Below are positions 1 to 12,778 of a stretch of 64,000 nt of DNA, one piece after another. Location of the stretch: NCBI GenBank assembly GCA_000388065.2, contig KB932209.1; one strand, written 5' to 3'. Position 1 is the first letter of the stretch. Each line of letters opens with the position of its first letter. Position numbers and translations under genes: made by a program. The DNA comes from Fonticula alba ATCC 38817. Its lineage: Eukaryota; Protista; Nucleariida. The notes under the pieces are model-generated. The model was not told the origin of the DNA. It ran no database searches and was given only the letters and a program-made list of their open reading frames with translations.

Positions 1-1936
1 AGCACGGCCATCGGCAGGGGCTTCACCCAGTCGTAGTATTGGGGGAATGGCGGGCCACGGAGAATCGGCAACTCTGGCTGGCTCGGGGTCAAGCAGGCGG
101 CAATCTGATCGTTGTCCGGCTGCGCTTGTTTCATGATCGCCTCGCCGGCGATGAACTGCGCGCGATCATAGTCCGGCTGGGGGCGGTGGAGGAAGCGCTC
201 CCAGAGGCTGTTGGATCGGGCATTGCCGATCAGCACGAAAAGCTGCGGAGCAAGGCACCGGGCGTCAATGGGCGCTCATCGGCACGGGGCCATTGGTGGC
301 GTGACCATGGTGGACGTACCTCGAAGAGATCCGACGACCAGTTGAAGAAGTCCATTGGCCGGATCTTGGACCAGAAGGGCAGGGCTTGGTGGTGCCCGGA
401 GTTCTCGGAGCAGGTACTGAGATCCATGTGGATGCCGGCGCAATCCTCGCACAGGAAGATCCCGAGGTTCAGTGACACGAAGCGCGGCCAGGGGGCAGTA
501 CAGTCGGCACATTGGTTGTTGGCAGGGAAGGACCGAAGGCAGGCCAGCCAGGCGGAGTTGAGCTGACGGGCCAAAGGGACAGGCCAGGCTGTGAGTCGGG
601 GAGGGAGGGCCGTGGGCATGTGCGTGTGCGCACGTGTGGCATCAGGCCATATAGGGGGGGGGGGGGGGGAAAAGGTGGCGGACGCACGTATTTGCGTTCT
701 TTGCACTTGACGCGGAAAGGGGAGTCCTCAGGCTGTGGAGGGGGATAGACCTCTCCGAGAGTCGATAGCACCACCAGTCCGTGGGGGTTGACCTGGCGCG
801 GGCGGATGACCAACCGGATGTTCTCTCGTTGTCCCCGGCGTCGCCAGTAGGAAATTGTCATGCTCGGGTGCTCGAGATAGTCGAAGCAGCGTTCAGCTGG
901 CGAGGGTGGAGGGGGAGAAAGAGAAAGAGAGAGAGATGAGCAAGGGGCGTGGGTGAGGAGAAGGAAGGGGGGGGGGGAGGCACCAGAGGCCGAAACAGGG
1001 CAGGGCGAGGGGACGGGACAGGAGGGAATGCCAGCGACGCACTGATGCCATCGTGAATGAACCAGAGGTTGCACTGCTCGACGGAGAAACTGAGGCCCAT
1101 TTTGACGATGGCCTGCTGGATGACAGCCTTGGCAGACATGCTGTCATCGATGCCCAGTCTGATGCACACATGCGAGAGGCGGGGGAAGACATGGAAGCCG
1201 AAGGGGCGAGTCAGCATGTGTGTGTGTGTGTCTGTGTCTGTGCGGGCGCATGGGCATCATGAGGGAAGCGCGGGAGGCGGGGAGGGCGGCTTGGGTACCG
1301 GCAGCTGCTGGAGGAGTCGCGGACCGAGGAGACGTGGCCAACGGCAATCGAGACAAACTGAGCGGGGCAGCAAGCAATGGTCAGTGTCGAAAGGCATGGT
1401 GGCGGGCGGCATGGAAAGCGTGCCTTTTTCTTTCGAGTGAGAAAAATCCGGGCGTTTTCATATGAGTCGGGGGAAAACTGCGTGACGTAAAGCGGATCGC
1501 GCGGGGCCGGCGGCATCTTGTATCCCTTAACGGCATCCATGAACCGATGGATCGCCCCGAAGGGGGCATCCGGGAGAATCCATTCCGCTGGAGGCCGGCC
1601 AAAGGGAAGGGAAAAAGAACCCCGACAGATCGGTCGTCAGTCAGCGCAAGATGACACCCACCGTGTCTCACTGAGAGGCAAGAGCAGCAGCAGCAGCAGC
1701 AGGCCGGAAAGCCGAGGGCATAGGGCCACAGTGCCACACGTACACGGGCCGATGGTCAGGATGATGGCATAGTCACTGATGTCGGTGGTGTCGCTGACTC
1801 CGACGCGGAACTTGCGCACCGCCTCGCGGAGGATCTCCCGCGTAGATGCGTTCTCGCGGATGAGCAGCCCCTTGGAGGACTCCTCAGTGTCGAAGTCATT
1901 GTGAAGGCGAATGGCAAGGGGGCCGCTCCGGGACAT
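1..1936 (-). CDS. Multi-exon protein with two Ras-association (RA/ubiquitin-like) segments followed by an ArfGAP domain; 3' end runs off the window, 5' end uncertain
   Basis: ArfGAP C4 zinc finger CADC-x16-CEDC at 425-511, then KIRPMDFFNW and, after a GTACGT..CAG intron (about 244-318), LIGNARSNSLWE. Upstream exons MSRSGPLAIRLHNDFDTEESSKGLLIRENASTREILREAVRKF..DYAI and CIRLGIDDSMSAKAVIQQAIVKMGL..CNLW resemble RA domains. ATG at 1936; further upstream exons are possible. Confidence 0.75.
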
Positions 1937-3006
1937 GACAGCGCCTTGTTTGAGGCCCACAGCGGGGGCAGGAAGAGAGGCAAGGAGGAGGAGGGGGGGG
2001 AGGGAGGTGGGACGCGGGAGAGGAGAAGAGGCAAGCGGGAGAGGACGGGAGAGGGGTGGCGGGGGAGCGGGAGGTGGGCGGCGCGGTGTCGGCACGGGCA
2101 CGGGCACGGGGGGAGAGGGGGGGGGGCGCGCCACAGCGAGCGGGGGGAGACTGTGATCTCGGCCTCCGGAGCACGGAGGATCAGCCGCAAAGGGGCAGCC
2201 AATGAAGGGATGCTCGGCGGTGCCCCGGCCAGCCGCGGGTGTGGGAGAAGCCCGCCAGCACGGCCGTCGGCGAGGCAGGAGGCGTCCCAGGGGGCGGATG
2301 AGCCGAAAGGCGAATTACACAAGACGCGCCGGCCGGCCAAGCTCGACCCCCCCCCCCCCACCCCCCCCCGGTCCTCCACTCAGGGGAGTCCGCGGGGAAG
2401 CTCGCCGACAACCCCTGGACGTAAATGGACGCTGAGTGTGGGTGGAGTCGGTGCGCGGTTGAGAATAGACAGGGCGAGAGGGCGGTCGGGGGGAGGGGGG
2501 TCAGCCAGGGGGAACGTGTGCTTGAAGGATAAAAGCGAGTAGCAAGCAATACACCCGGGCCGGGGGCCGGGGGGGAGGGAGCCTGGAGAACATCGGCAGT
2601 CCGCAAGTATTGCCCGGAGCCGCGGAGCCCTGCCGCGCAGGATGACCAATGAGTCTTGGACACACGGGGGGCCAGGGGGGCGGGGGGGCACACAACTGTT
2701 GTTATTTTCTGCCCACTCTCCCGGGGCTGGCCCCCCGAGGCTGGTGAGACACCTTGAAGATGTGTGGGGAGTTGCGTGAAGCGAACGCACGCCAACATGC
2801 CGCCCCGCCCCGGAACACCCGAAGCAGGCAGAGTGGCCGGACGCGCGACGCGGGAGCAGGGGAGGATGCATCCGAGTGCGCGCACCCGGGGCCGTGCTGG
2901 CTTCCATTCTCGGGCGCAGACTCCCCCCGATCTGGCCAGGCTCAATCCGAGAGGGCATCCGAGCAGCGCCCGCACACCCGCGCAGGCCGGGACAGTGTGC
3001 CAGGGC

Positions 3007-3028
3007 CGCGCGCGCGCGCGCGCGCGCG
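3007..3028. repeat. (CG)11 alternating purine-pyrimidine tract
   Basis: Perfect CGCG... run of 22 bp read directly from the sequence, in the divergent intergenic region. Confidence 0.95.
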
Positions 3029-6000
3029 GAGGGCCTTGCTTCCCACCCAGGAGAATCGTGTTTGGGAAGGGGCCCCCTGCCACACCGAGGCTCTCCCGAG
3101 AGGGGGAAAGAGCAACAGGACTGGGACTCCAACGGTCGGGATTCTCGCGCCGCGAACGAGGGGTAATCTCGAGGTTCGGTGGGGCGGGGGACAGGGGGGG
3201 GGGGGGAGGGGGGGAATATTTCCTCCCCACTGGGCCAGGTCGATCCCGAGGCGACCGCCCCGCCCCAAGACGAACTTCGGCCTGGGACAGAGCCCCGAAT
3301 CGGCCACATCCCACCGGCGGGGGGAAATGAAAAACAAAATACCAAGCCACCGAAAGTGCAAATGCGAGCTTCGCCAAGGGAGGGGCGCGGGGTGTTGGGG
3401 AGGGGGGCAAAGTGGGCTCCCGGCCGCAGTGCTCGAGGCGGGCGGGAGTGAGGGGCAATAAACAGCCGGCCGGGCACGCTTCGCAGGCAACTATTGGCGA
3501 GCCGTGACATCCGGCCGACACTTGGGCAACGACCATCTCCCGTTCCCATGCACCCCCTTGACGCCCCACGGGGGGGGGGGGGACGCTCGCCGTGTTGCAA
3601 CACGCCGAGGGAGGGGGGAAGCATTTTCCGGCGCTGCATGCCAGCAACAAAGCGGGAAATGGTCGCCGGGCCCCCCTGGGTGCCGCCGGCAGGCCGCGCA
3701 GAAGGGCACGCAGCGCCGGCCTATCCGCCCCCCCCCCCCACGAGCTACCAGCGGACCGCCCGGCCCCCGCCCCCCTGTCGCCCGAGCCCCGGAGAATGAA
3801 ATCCCCGGGCGCTGGTCGCGTTCGGCGCCACGCGCAGCTGCTCCGGGTATTCCCACACCCGGCCGGCACGGGCCGCGCTTGGCCCTGGCCAGGCGTGTGA
3901 CACTGGCTCGGCTGCCTGCCCCCGGTCGGGGGGACTCGCACCAGGCCCGCCACTCCGCACGCAGAGGCAGGGGGGGCGGCCCGCCCTCGAGCATGAGAAA
4001 ATCCTGCCCCCCCCCCCCCCCGCACCCGAGACACGGGGCGGCCGTTTTCAGGCGCCCCACGCCAGCCCCACACCGGCGCATTCGCGTGCCCCTCCGGGTG
4101 CATGAATGCCTCTGCGCCCCCCGCCCCCAAACACGCGGCTCCGCCACCGAAGCCGCGCGACCAGGCCAGCCTTCCCAATCCAGGCTAGACGAAACCGGCG
4201 CAGGCCCCGGGGCCCAGCGTGTTGGTGGTGTTTCAAGACCCGGCTGCTGCGGCGTGCCGTCCGGCCGCCCAGCCGCGTTCGCACATCCGGCATGCATGCC
4301 TGTTTACTCGCCTGCTTGGGGATGTGGTATCGGGCGGCGCGGGTGCGCTCGCGCGGAGCCCTCCTCACAGGAGTTCCCTGGCTCCCTCATCGTTCCGACG
4401 GCGGAAGCCCGATGGCGCGGGTGGCCGAGACTTGCAAGCGGCCAAGCGTCACTTCACCAGGCCCCCTCGGCCAAAGAAAAAAAAACCCGAGAGCCTGGGG
4501 AGGCGGGGCGAAACGGCGGCAGGCATCAATCCACCGGCTGCTGGGCCCGGATGCCAACTGGCGAGAGCTTGGCGTGATAGGCCAATCGAAGGCGGGTCAC
4601 ATGCCCCGCCCGGCGCGGAGGCGAGACCCTTGAACGTGCGCCCCCCCAGCTCCGGGTCTGCTACATTGGATCCCCCCTCCCGGTCGCTGGCCCGGCTCGA
4701 GGCCCCCACGCAGTAGGGACGGGCCCAGCCCGATGTCGGACGAGCGGGGCCGTGTAACGGAAGCTCCTTCGGAAATCCTGCCACTGGGGTGAGGCCAGCC
4801 CCGAGCAGCAAGGGAGGGGGCACACCGGGCCCGGGAATACCGTTGTTTGAAAGACAGAGCGCGGAGGCCGGCCCGTGGACGAATGGTTGGGCAAGCCAAA
4901 TGGAGAGGAGAAATTAAAAGCCGGCCCAGGAGGAGAAGCCCCAGACCGGAGCAGCCCACAGGCCTGACCGGGCCGTCGGTATTAGCTCTCTCATGGCATT
5001 CGACACACACGCGCACACAGTTGCCATGGTCTTCGGTAGGCCCCTCCGGCGGAGTCCCCTTTGCCGCCTTCGGCTTCGGTCGAAGGGTGGACCTGAAGAC
5101 CTGGCGACCGGGCCCCTCCGCATGCGTGCGTATCGCCTTCCTCCGTCCGGCGCGCAACGCCGCTCGGTCCTGAACCATGGCCGGCACCTGGCGCCGCATC
5201 CCGCTCCAGAGGAATGCTACTTAGACTGTATAACGCATCCACGGGGTCTCTGCACGTGCAGTGCGCGATTCAGCGGCAGCTCCTCGATGGGCGTCGATGC
5301 CCGCTGCGGTCCTACCGTGGCGTGGTCACGCGGTGATGCACAAGGTCAAGAGTGAATAGCATTCCTCGTATCTTCGCCAGCCCATTTTTGGGGTAAATTC
5401 ACCCAGGCGTCCGACGCCACAGGGAGAAGCATGGCCGTGCTGCGGGAATCTCCGCACCGTGTCTGGACGTTCTGGCGGGCCCGGGCCCAAACGTGCGCCA
5501 CGGCGGTTCCCCATTTTAGTCGCCATTCATCACACGGAGTGCGCACACAGAGACACGCGGCGACGAGGCCCAGTGGGTGGGGAAGCGCACAAAAGTGTGC
5601 GCGAGGCCCGGGCCCGGGTGACTCTGTGTCCCCTGGCCGGGTGGCCCCCGGCATCGGCCGCCGCGACCGCCCGGTCTCTCCGCTTTTACCGGCAAACAGC
5701 CGCGCGAAATGCCCCCGGCCGGCGAGCCTCACAAAAGCAAGCGCGCATGCAACCAGACACGGCTGCATCGCAACGCCCGTCCCGTGCCCACAGGGCCGGC
5801 CTGGTTCCCAACGATTGGGGCGGGCCGCGCTCTGGCCAGGGCCCTTGCCTGGGAGCCGCTTTGGCGGGGGCGGATTGCATCGGCCGGGGGCCGCCTCCCT
5901 TCACAGGGGGCGGGGCATTGAAAGCGAGCGACCTCCACACATGCTAGTGTCCGACTTGCAACACCCCACGCTCCCCTCTTCCGCTTTCCGCTCGTCCCGC

Positions 6001-6137
6001 ATCCCGCATCGACGGTATCCCCCCCTCCCCCCCTCCTCTCCACCCCGCCTCGCCCAGCACACACACATGCACATGCACATGCACATGCACATCGGCGCAC
6101 CCACTAACCCCGCCGCAGTTCGTAGCACCCCGAAAAG

Positions 6138-7858
6138 ATGATCTCCGCCCTTGCCCGCCGCGCCCCTACCGCCGCCGCCGCCGGTGCTCGCGCCTTCACC
6201 ACCTCCGCTGCCCGGGCGATCTCCCTGCCGGCTGGCCATGTTGCGGCCTCCTCGCAGCCCGGCGACGTCGCGGCCGAGGCCAACGTCTACACCTCCTACG
6301 ACTGGACCGATCCGCTGAACCTGGCCTCCTGCCTGACCGACGAGGAGCGCATGATCCAGTCGCAGGTGAGCGCCTACTGCCAGCGGGAGCTGCTGCCGCG
6401 CGCGCGCGAGGCCAACTCCAAGGAGCACTTCGACCGCGCCATCATGCGCGAGATGGGCGCCCTCGGCATGCTCGGGTCCACCATCGACGGGTATGGCTGC
6501 CCCGGTGTCAACTCCGTGTCCTATGGTCTGATGGCTCGCGAGGTGGAGCGCGTCGACTCCGGCTACCGCAGTGCCATGAGTGTCCAGAGCTCTCTGGTCA
6601 TGTACCCGATCTATGTGTTCGGCAGCGAGGAGCAGCGCTCCAAGTACCTGCCCCGCCTGGGTACGTGCCCGGCATGCGCACCACCCTTGTGGCCAGCCTC
6701 CCGGGGCGGAGGCCGAGAGGGGGCAGACGCTCTTCCTTCCTTTCCTTCTTTCCCTTTTCCCTCCGCCCCCCCCCCCCCATGCTCACCTTGTGTCTTTCTC
6801 TTCCCCAGCTACCGGTGAGATCATCGGTGCCTTCGGCCTGACCGAGCCCAACCACGGCTCCGACCCCGGCAGCATGGAGGCTCGTGCCAAGTCCATGCCC
6901 GGCGGCGACTTCAAGCTCTCCGGTACCAAGACCTGGTGCGTGATGGGGCCCGGCATGCAACTCCCCCCCCCCCCCCCCCCCCCCCCTGGATCTTCCAGCC
7001 CTGCCAGTCACGGGGCGGTGTCCTCATTCTAACGTCTCTGCTGCCCCCGGCGCGCCGATCCATGCAGGATTACCAACTCCCCGATCGCCGACGTCTTCGT
7101 CGTCTGGGCCAAGACCGACGACGGTGTCATTCGCGGCTTCCTCCTCGATCGCGTATGTGTCCCCCTTCCCGCCTCCCCCCGCCATTCCACACACCATCCC
7201 CGCGGGCGCCCTAATCTCGCTGCCCTCCCGGCTGTCTTCCTCGCCTTCTCCCCTTCCCCTCTCCACCATCCAGGACATGCCCGGCCTCTCCACCCCCACC
7301 ATCCACGGGAAGTTCTCCCTGCGTGCCTCGACCACCGGCCAGATCGTCATGGACGACGTCATTGTCCCGGCCACTGCCATGCTCCCCGGCGCCCGCGGTC
7401 TGCGTGGGCCGTTCTCTTGCCTGAACAAGGCCCGCTTCGGCATTGCCTGGGGCTCGCTCGGCGCGGCCGAGGCCTGCCTGCACGCCGCTCGCAGCTACAC
7501 CGTCGACCGCCAGCAGTTCGGCCGCCCGCTGGCCGCCACCCAGCTCATCCAGAAGAAGCTGGCCGACGCCTCGACCGAGATCGCCCTCGGCCTGCAGAGC
7601 TGCCTGCAGGTTGGCCGCCTGATGGACGCCGGCCGCGCCGCCCCGGAGATGATCTCCATGCTGAAGCGCAACAACTGCGGCAAGGCCCTGGCCATCGCGC
7701 GCGAGGCCCGCGACATGCTCGGTGGCAACGGCATCTCCGACGAGTACCCGATCATTCGCCACGTCATGAACCTCGAGGCCGTCAACACCTACGAGGGCAC
7801 CCACGACGTGCACGGCCTGATCATTGGCCGCGCCATCACCGGCCATGCTGCCTTCTAA
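6138..7858 (+). CDS. GCDH: Glutaryl-CoA dehydrogenase, mitochondrial precursor (4 exons: 6138-6660, 6809-6935, 7068-7152, 7274-7858)
   Basis: Motifs [62 protein letters not shown] and [40 protein letters not shown] introns keep the frame. The N-terminus is Ala/Arg-rich, like a transit peptide. Confidence 0.97.
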
Positions 7859-8487
7859 GAAGAAGGGGCAAGGCACCGCCTCCAGGCGTCTTGTCTGTCC
7901 TTCTATCATTCTTTCCGACCCCTGCGTCCTCCCCTCTCCCCCTTCGGGCGGCGTGTATCATTCAAGCCCTCCCGATGCCGTCGCGGGGGAGGCGGGTGGC
8001 TTTTGTGAGGAGTCGGATCCGATAGGGCTGGCCCCTACAGGGGATGGCGAGGGGGACGACCCATCCCTTGCATGTGTGGGCGTTTGCCCCCGGCGCCAAG
8101 AGGACCACCCGCCCACCACGTCAGCCCCGTATTCTGTGTGCGCGCGTGTGCACATGCAAGCCCACATCTTCTTGTCCTCTCTGTCCAGCCTGCTTTGCCC
8201 CTCGCCAAGAGGTGTCGGCAGGAGGAAAACACCCCCCCCCCCCCCACAATACACTCCCTCCTGTTTGCCTTCTGGAGCGGGCCTCATACGATCGTGTGTG
8301 TGTGTGTGTGTCACACCACAAAGCAGGGCACATATGGAATCTATTCAGGGGGGAGGTCTTCACCCCCGCCCCCTGTGCGAGGCAACATGCATCTATGGGA
8401 CCGCTTTGCTGGGGAGGGCAGAGAGGAAGCCTCGGCGGGAGGGCACCGACTGTCCGACCCCCTCTCTGTTCCCTTCCCTCGCGGTGT

Positions 8488-11400
8488 TTATGAGGAGGGG
8501 CTTGTTGCTGGCGCGCCGGTGGCAATCCCAAGGAGACGTTTCCTGGCCGTGAGGAAGGCCTCAGACACCACGGCCTCGTGGTCCTTGGCGACGGGAGTCC
8601 CCTCCGGGGCGTGCTCGTTGGCGGTGGCCACATCTTCGGCATCCTCGGCGGGAGCGTCGGCAGCCGGCGTTTGCTCGGCCCCCGAGGACCGAATGGCCGA
8701 CAGGGCCTCCAGACTGGCGACCACCTCCTCGCGAATGGCCTGGTACAGGGCCGACTCACGGATGGCGGCCGCTGAGCTGGGGCCCGAGCCACCGGCCGCA
8801 TCATGCTGCATGACAAACAGCTTGTCGGTCAGAGTATCGACGAAGGCATCGGAGACCGGCGCCTGGAGCATCGCATCGCGCGACAGGGAGGTGCGACGGG
8901 GAGCGCGAGCAGGGAGAGGGCAAAGGTAAGCAGCAGGCATGACAGGCGCAGGGGGGGGGGGGAGAGAGGGGAGGTAGCCCAACACCGATACGCACATCGA
9001 GGAGGCGCACGGCCCAGAAGAGAGTGAGACCAATGGCGCGCTCGAGCGTTGCGCCAGCGCGCCAGCCGCGAGTCATGGCCGTGAGAGCCGCCTCGGCCCC
9101 GTGCTCCTGGTGGTGGGCCAAGACCAGGGCTTGGGCATCGCGCAGGCGTCCATGTGCCATGAGGCACGAAACGAGCGACCCAAACAGGTCTCCCGACAGC
9201 GGGCCCTCGCGGTGAAGGAACTTCCCGAGGGAGGCCTCGTCCAAGAAGCGGACCGGCGAGAAAGAGGGGACCTCCTACAGGTGGCAGAGGAAGGCCAGGG
9301 GGATGGGCATCAGTGGATCATCGTCACGGCAGCGAGGTGTGCAGGGGCCGCCCATGTGCGCGGGCCGGGGGCATGGGCAGGGGGGATCCCCCGAGCATCG
9401 GGGGAAGGGCACGCACCCCGGCCTCCAGGTACTTCACCAGCGAGGAGGAGGCAACCGAAATGTCCAGATCGGCCAGGCCGTCGAGCAGCCGCACGTGCGA
9501 CCGGTCATACGACCGGGGGAGGATGCCGACCAGGTCCATGATCTGGAGAGGTCGGGAGCGAGGGGACGGGGAGAGAGGGAGAAAGAAGAGGAGCGCATGG
9601 GTGCAGGGCGGCAGAGGTGGAGTGCCGAGGGTGCGCACTCGGTCAGACAACGGGAGGGGACAGGACAAAGACAGGAGCAGGCGGCAGGGGAGAAGAGAAT
9701 GCCCGCGGGGATGGGCGCAGGCGTACAAGATGTCTGTCGCGGGAGGCGATCGCCGCGTCGATGGCTAGCCCGACGGCGTCCTCATCGGGGAAGTCCCCGG
9801 GGAAGCGCTCAGCCACGCGCCGGAGGAGGCCCACCAACCCGGCGGCGCGAGCCGGGCCGTCGGGCCGGTTGGGCCCGGCCAGGGCATGCAACAGAGCCGA
9901 GAAGGCCTCGGAGTTCAGCTGGCCAGGATGCAGGCGAAGCAGACGCTGAGCCAGATCCAGCACCAGCAGCGGGTTGCCGGTGTCCCACTCGGAGGCGGGC
10001 GCCCTGCCGGAGGGGGGAAGCTGGCGGCTGGTGGCCCCCTTGCGGTGGGCCAGCACTGGTGCCAGGCCGGTCGCCGTGGTGTCCAGCACGCGGGCCAGAG
10101 TGGGTGACTGGCCCGGGGCCTCGACCACGGGGGCAGCCTGCCGGGCCGCCGTCCGGGCGATCGTCTGCAACAAGGACACCACAGTCGAGGAGTCCCCCGC
10201 GAGATCCGGCAGGTAGGTCTGCACGGCATCGAGGAAGGTCACCATGTGGCCGAAGGAGTCCACGTGCTGCAGCAGGGCATTCAAATGGTCGGCCGTGAGA
10301 GGCCTATTGCCACGAGGCCGCGTGCGAAAGCACGCGAGAGGAAGGGCCCGAGGGGGAGGGAGCCGGGTCAGCATACCCGAGTCGAGGGGCACCGGCCACC
10401 CAGAGGCCCGGTCGGTGGGTGGCAAGAAAGGGGCAACAGTGGAGAGGGGCCTTCGAAACGCACTCCGACTGGGCGCTGTGCGCCAGGAGGGCCACCGCCG
10501 AGTGGAAGTCCCCCGCAGACAGGGCAAGGCTGGCCACGGCCCGGAGGTCGGCCGCACGAGCCGGCAGGGCCAGGCTCTCCGACCGGAGGAGAATCTTGAA
10601 GCAATCATCCAGCGCCGCAGTCGCCGACTGGGAGGGATCCTGGCGCTGGGCGTAGAGAGCGCTCAGCTCGGCCGGCAGGTCGGTCGGTAGGAAGCGCTCG
10701 CCGCCAATGCGCCCCAGCTCCCAGCACAGGGCTCCGGAGATGAAGGCCCGCGTGGGGGGGATCTCCAAGCGGATGTACTTGAAAATCGGCGAAAAGGTAT
10801 CCACGAAGCCCTGCACATGCTCCGGGGTCAGGGGGCCGTCCGGGGCGCCGGCGGCGGCGGCCACCTGCTTCCAGGTCCGCATGGCGTCTGCCAGCCGGGT
10901 GTCCAACTCGCGGGCCATTTGCGGCCGGCGAGCCAGCTGCGTGTGCAGGAAGATGGCAAGCCGACGGAGGCCCAGGTTCGGCAGCGACAGCAGGCCGGCC
11001 AGGTAGGCATCCAGCGGCCCGACAATGGACGGCCGCCCCGGCGCCAGGAGCTGCCCCTCCGGGCTGTAGTACCGGAAGCCGGCCTGCGTGCGGGCCGGGT
11101 GGGCGCCGACATTGTGCATGGCATTGGCTTGGGCGACATGCCGCAGGAAGAGCCGGGTGGCGGCCGTGAGGCTGGCGGTGGCCACGGATGCCCGAAGGGG
11201 GGAGAGCGACGGCGGAGGGCACGGGCCGCGATGGGAGAAGGGTCAGAGGGCGGCCCGAAGAGCGACAAAGCAGCCAGAAGATGCCGAATGACAGGCGGCA
11301 GCGAAGCAGAAACACACCCGGCCGGCGTGGCTTGCACAAAGGCCTCCGTGATGAGGCCCTCGATGCGGCGATCTTCCGCAATGGCCTCCTCCAGCAGGGC

Positions 11401-11608
11401 CGCGCTCTCGGGAGACAGGTTGTCAGCCTGGTTGACATCGGCGGCAGGCGCCGCGTCCAGCGCCAGCATGTTGGATAGCGAGTTGCCGGCGTTGTCGGCC
11501 AGACGCAGCAGCGACCCAAGCAGCGGCGATAGCGGGGCATCGCCAGCGGCGGGCGCCGGGGCATTGGCCGAAGCGGCGGCTGCAGCTGCCGCCGACGTCG
11601 TCGCCGCT

Positions 11609-11649
<41 letters not shown>

Positions 11650-11988
11650 AGTGGACGCCGCGGTCGCCGCTGCCGAAAAGTAGAACCCGCCAGCCTCCGG
11701 AACATTGCGGTGGAGATGCCGCAGGGACTTGATCGGCTTAAAGGCGGCCCGCTGCGACACGGCGAAGGGGGTCTGCTTGTCGGTGATGGCCCGCGTGGCG
11801 GCGCCCTGGGCGCGCAGGTGCATGACAGCCTCGGAGGCCCGCTGGCCGCCCTGCGACACCATGCTTCGAGTCAAGGCCACGGAGTCCGACGTCCGGGGGG
11901 CGCTCAAGTGCGATCCCGCGGCCGGGGCCGCCGCTGCGGCCAAAGGCGCCGCGACCCGCAGCCGGGACATCTTCTGCAGAGCGGACAT
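8488..11988 (-). CDS. Large multi-exon alpha-helical repeat protein, probably mitochondrial, PPR-like
   Basis: Consecutive coding-like ORF segments in phase across GT-AG introns (e.g. QATPAG|LTAATRLF). N-terminus MSALQKMSRLRVAAPLAA resembles a transit peptide. Helical repeat-like segments TADHLNALLQH, NSEAFSALLHALA and GDLFGSLVSCLMAHGRLRDAQAL. Family assignment is tentative. Confidence 0.6.
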
Positions 11989-12778
11989 GGGCCGGCTGTG
12001 TATGTGTGCGTGCGTACGTGTACGTGCACGTTTGTGTGCCTGGGTATGCCTGGGTACGGGGGGCGTGTGTGTGGGCGCGCGTGTATGGGCGAGCTGGGGG
12101 GGAGGGGGGAGGCAGAAAGGGCGCCAGGGAAGGGCGTCTTGTCGGGCGGGCGTATGGGCAAGCGAGGGGCAGGGAGAGGAGAATGGGACAGTGGAAGGGG
12201 GGGGGTAGGCAGCAGGGAGGACGGAGGAGTGTGCTCGAGGCGGGCGGTGCCCCTGGCAGGGAGCCAGTCTTTTGGAAGATGCCCCTGGCGTCGCCACATC
12301 CCTCCGGGCCCGGGGATCCAGACACCCCTTGAGGGAGGGCGCGTGCATGATGCCCGCGGCGATGCCCGGGCACACGCCTGCCTGTTGCCAGCGGAAGGCA
12401 AACACGCGAGCAGGCCAGGGTGCGCGTGAGAAGGCCGCCCCGTTTGAGACTAGCATGTGTCGCCCCACCCACATCCCCTTGCGTCTCCGCACGCCGCACC
12501 ACACAGCCTGTGCAACAAACACTTGCACGGTCCCAGCCTGAAAGAGGAGGGGGAGGGCGACACTTCACACACACGGGCCATGCCCGCGGCCAAGTACCCC
12601 CCAAGCTGAAGCGCCCCGCAGACACACACACACGCGCAGGGCGGATCCCGCGCGGGGAGATGGACCTGATCTGGTCTTCGAGAAATGGGAGGTGCCGACG
12701 CACTGTGACGAGACCGAGGACACATTTTATTGGTTGGTATTGTAGAACGAAAAATGCCATTGTCCGAGCTCGGGTGTT

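Noticed and set aside
2400-6100. Many Arg/Pro/Gly-rich ORFs in the 4-kb intergenic region (e.g. 2181-4178, 4597-5199)
   Set aside because: No domain motifs or consistent splice chain; composition is typical of GC-rich non-coding DNA.
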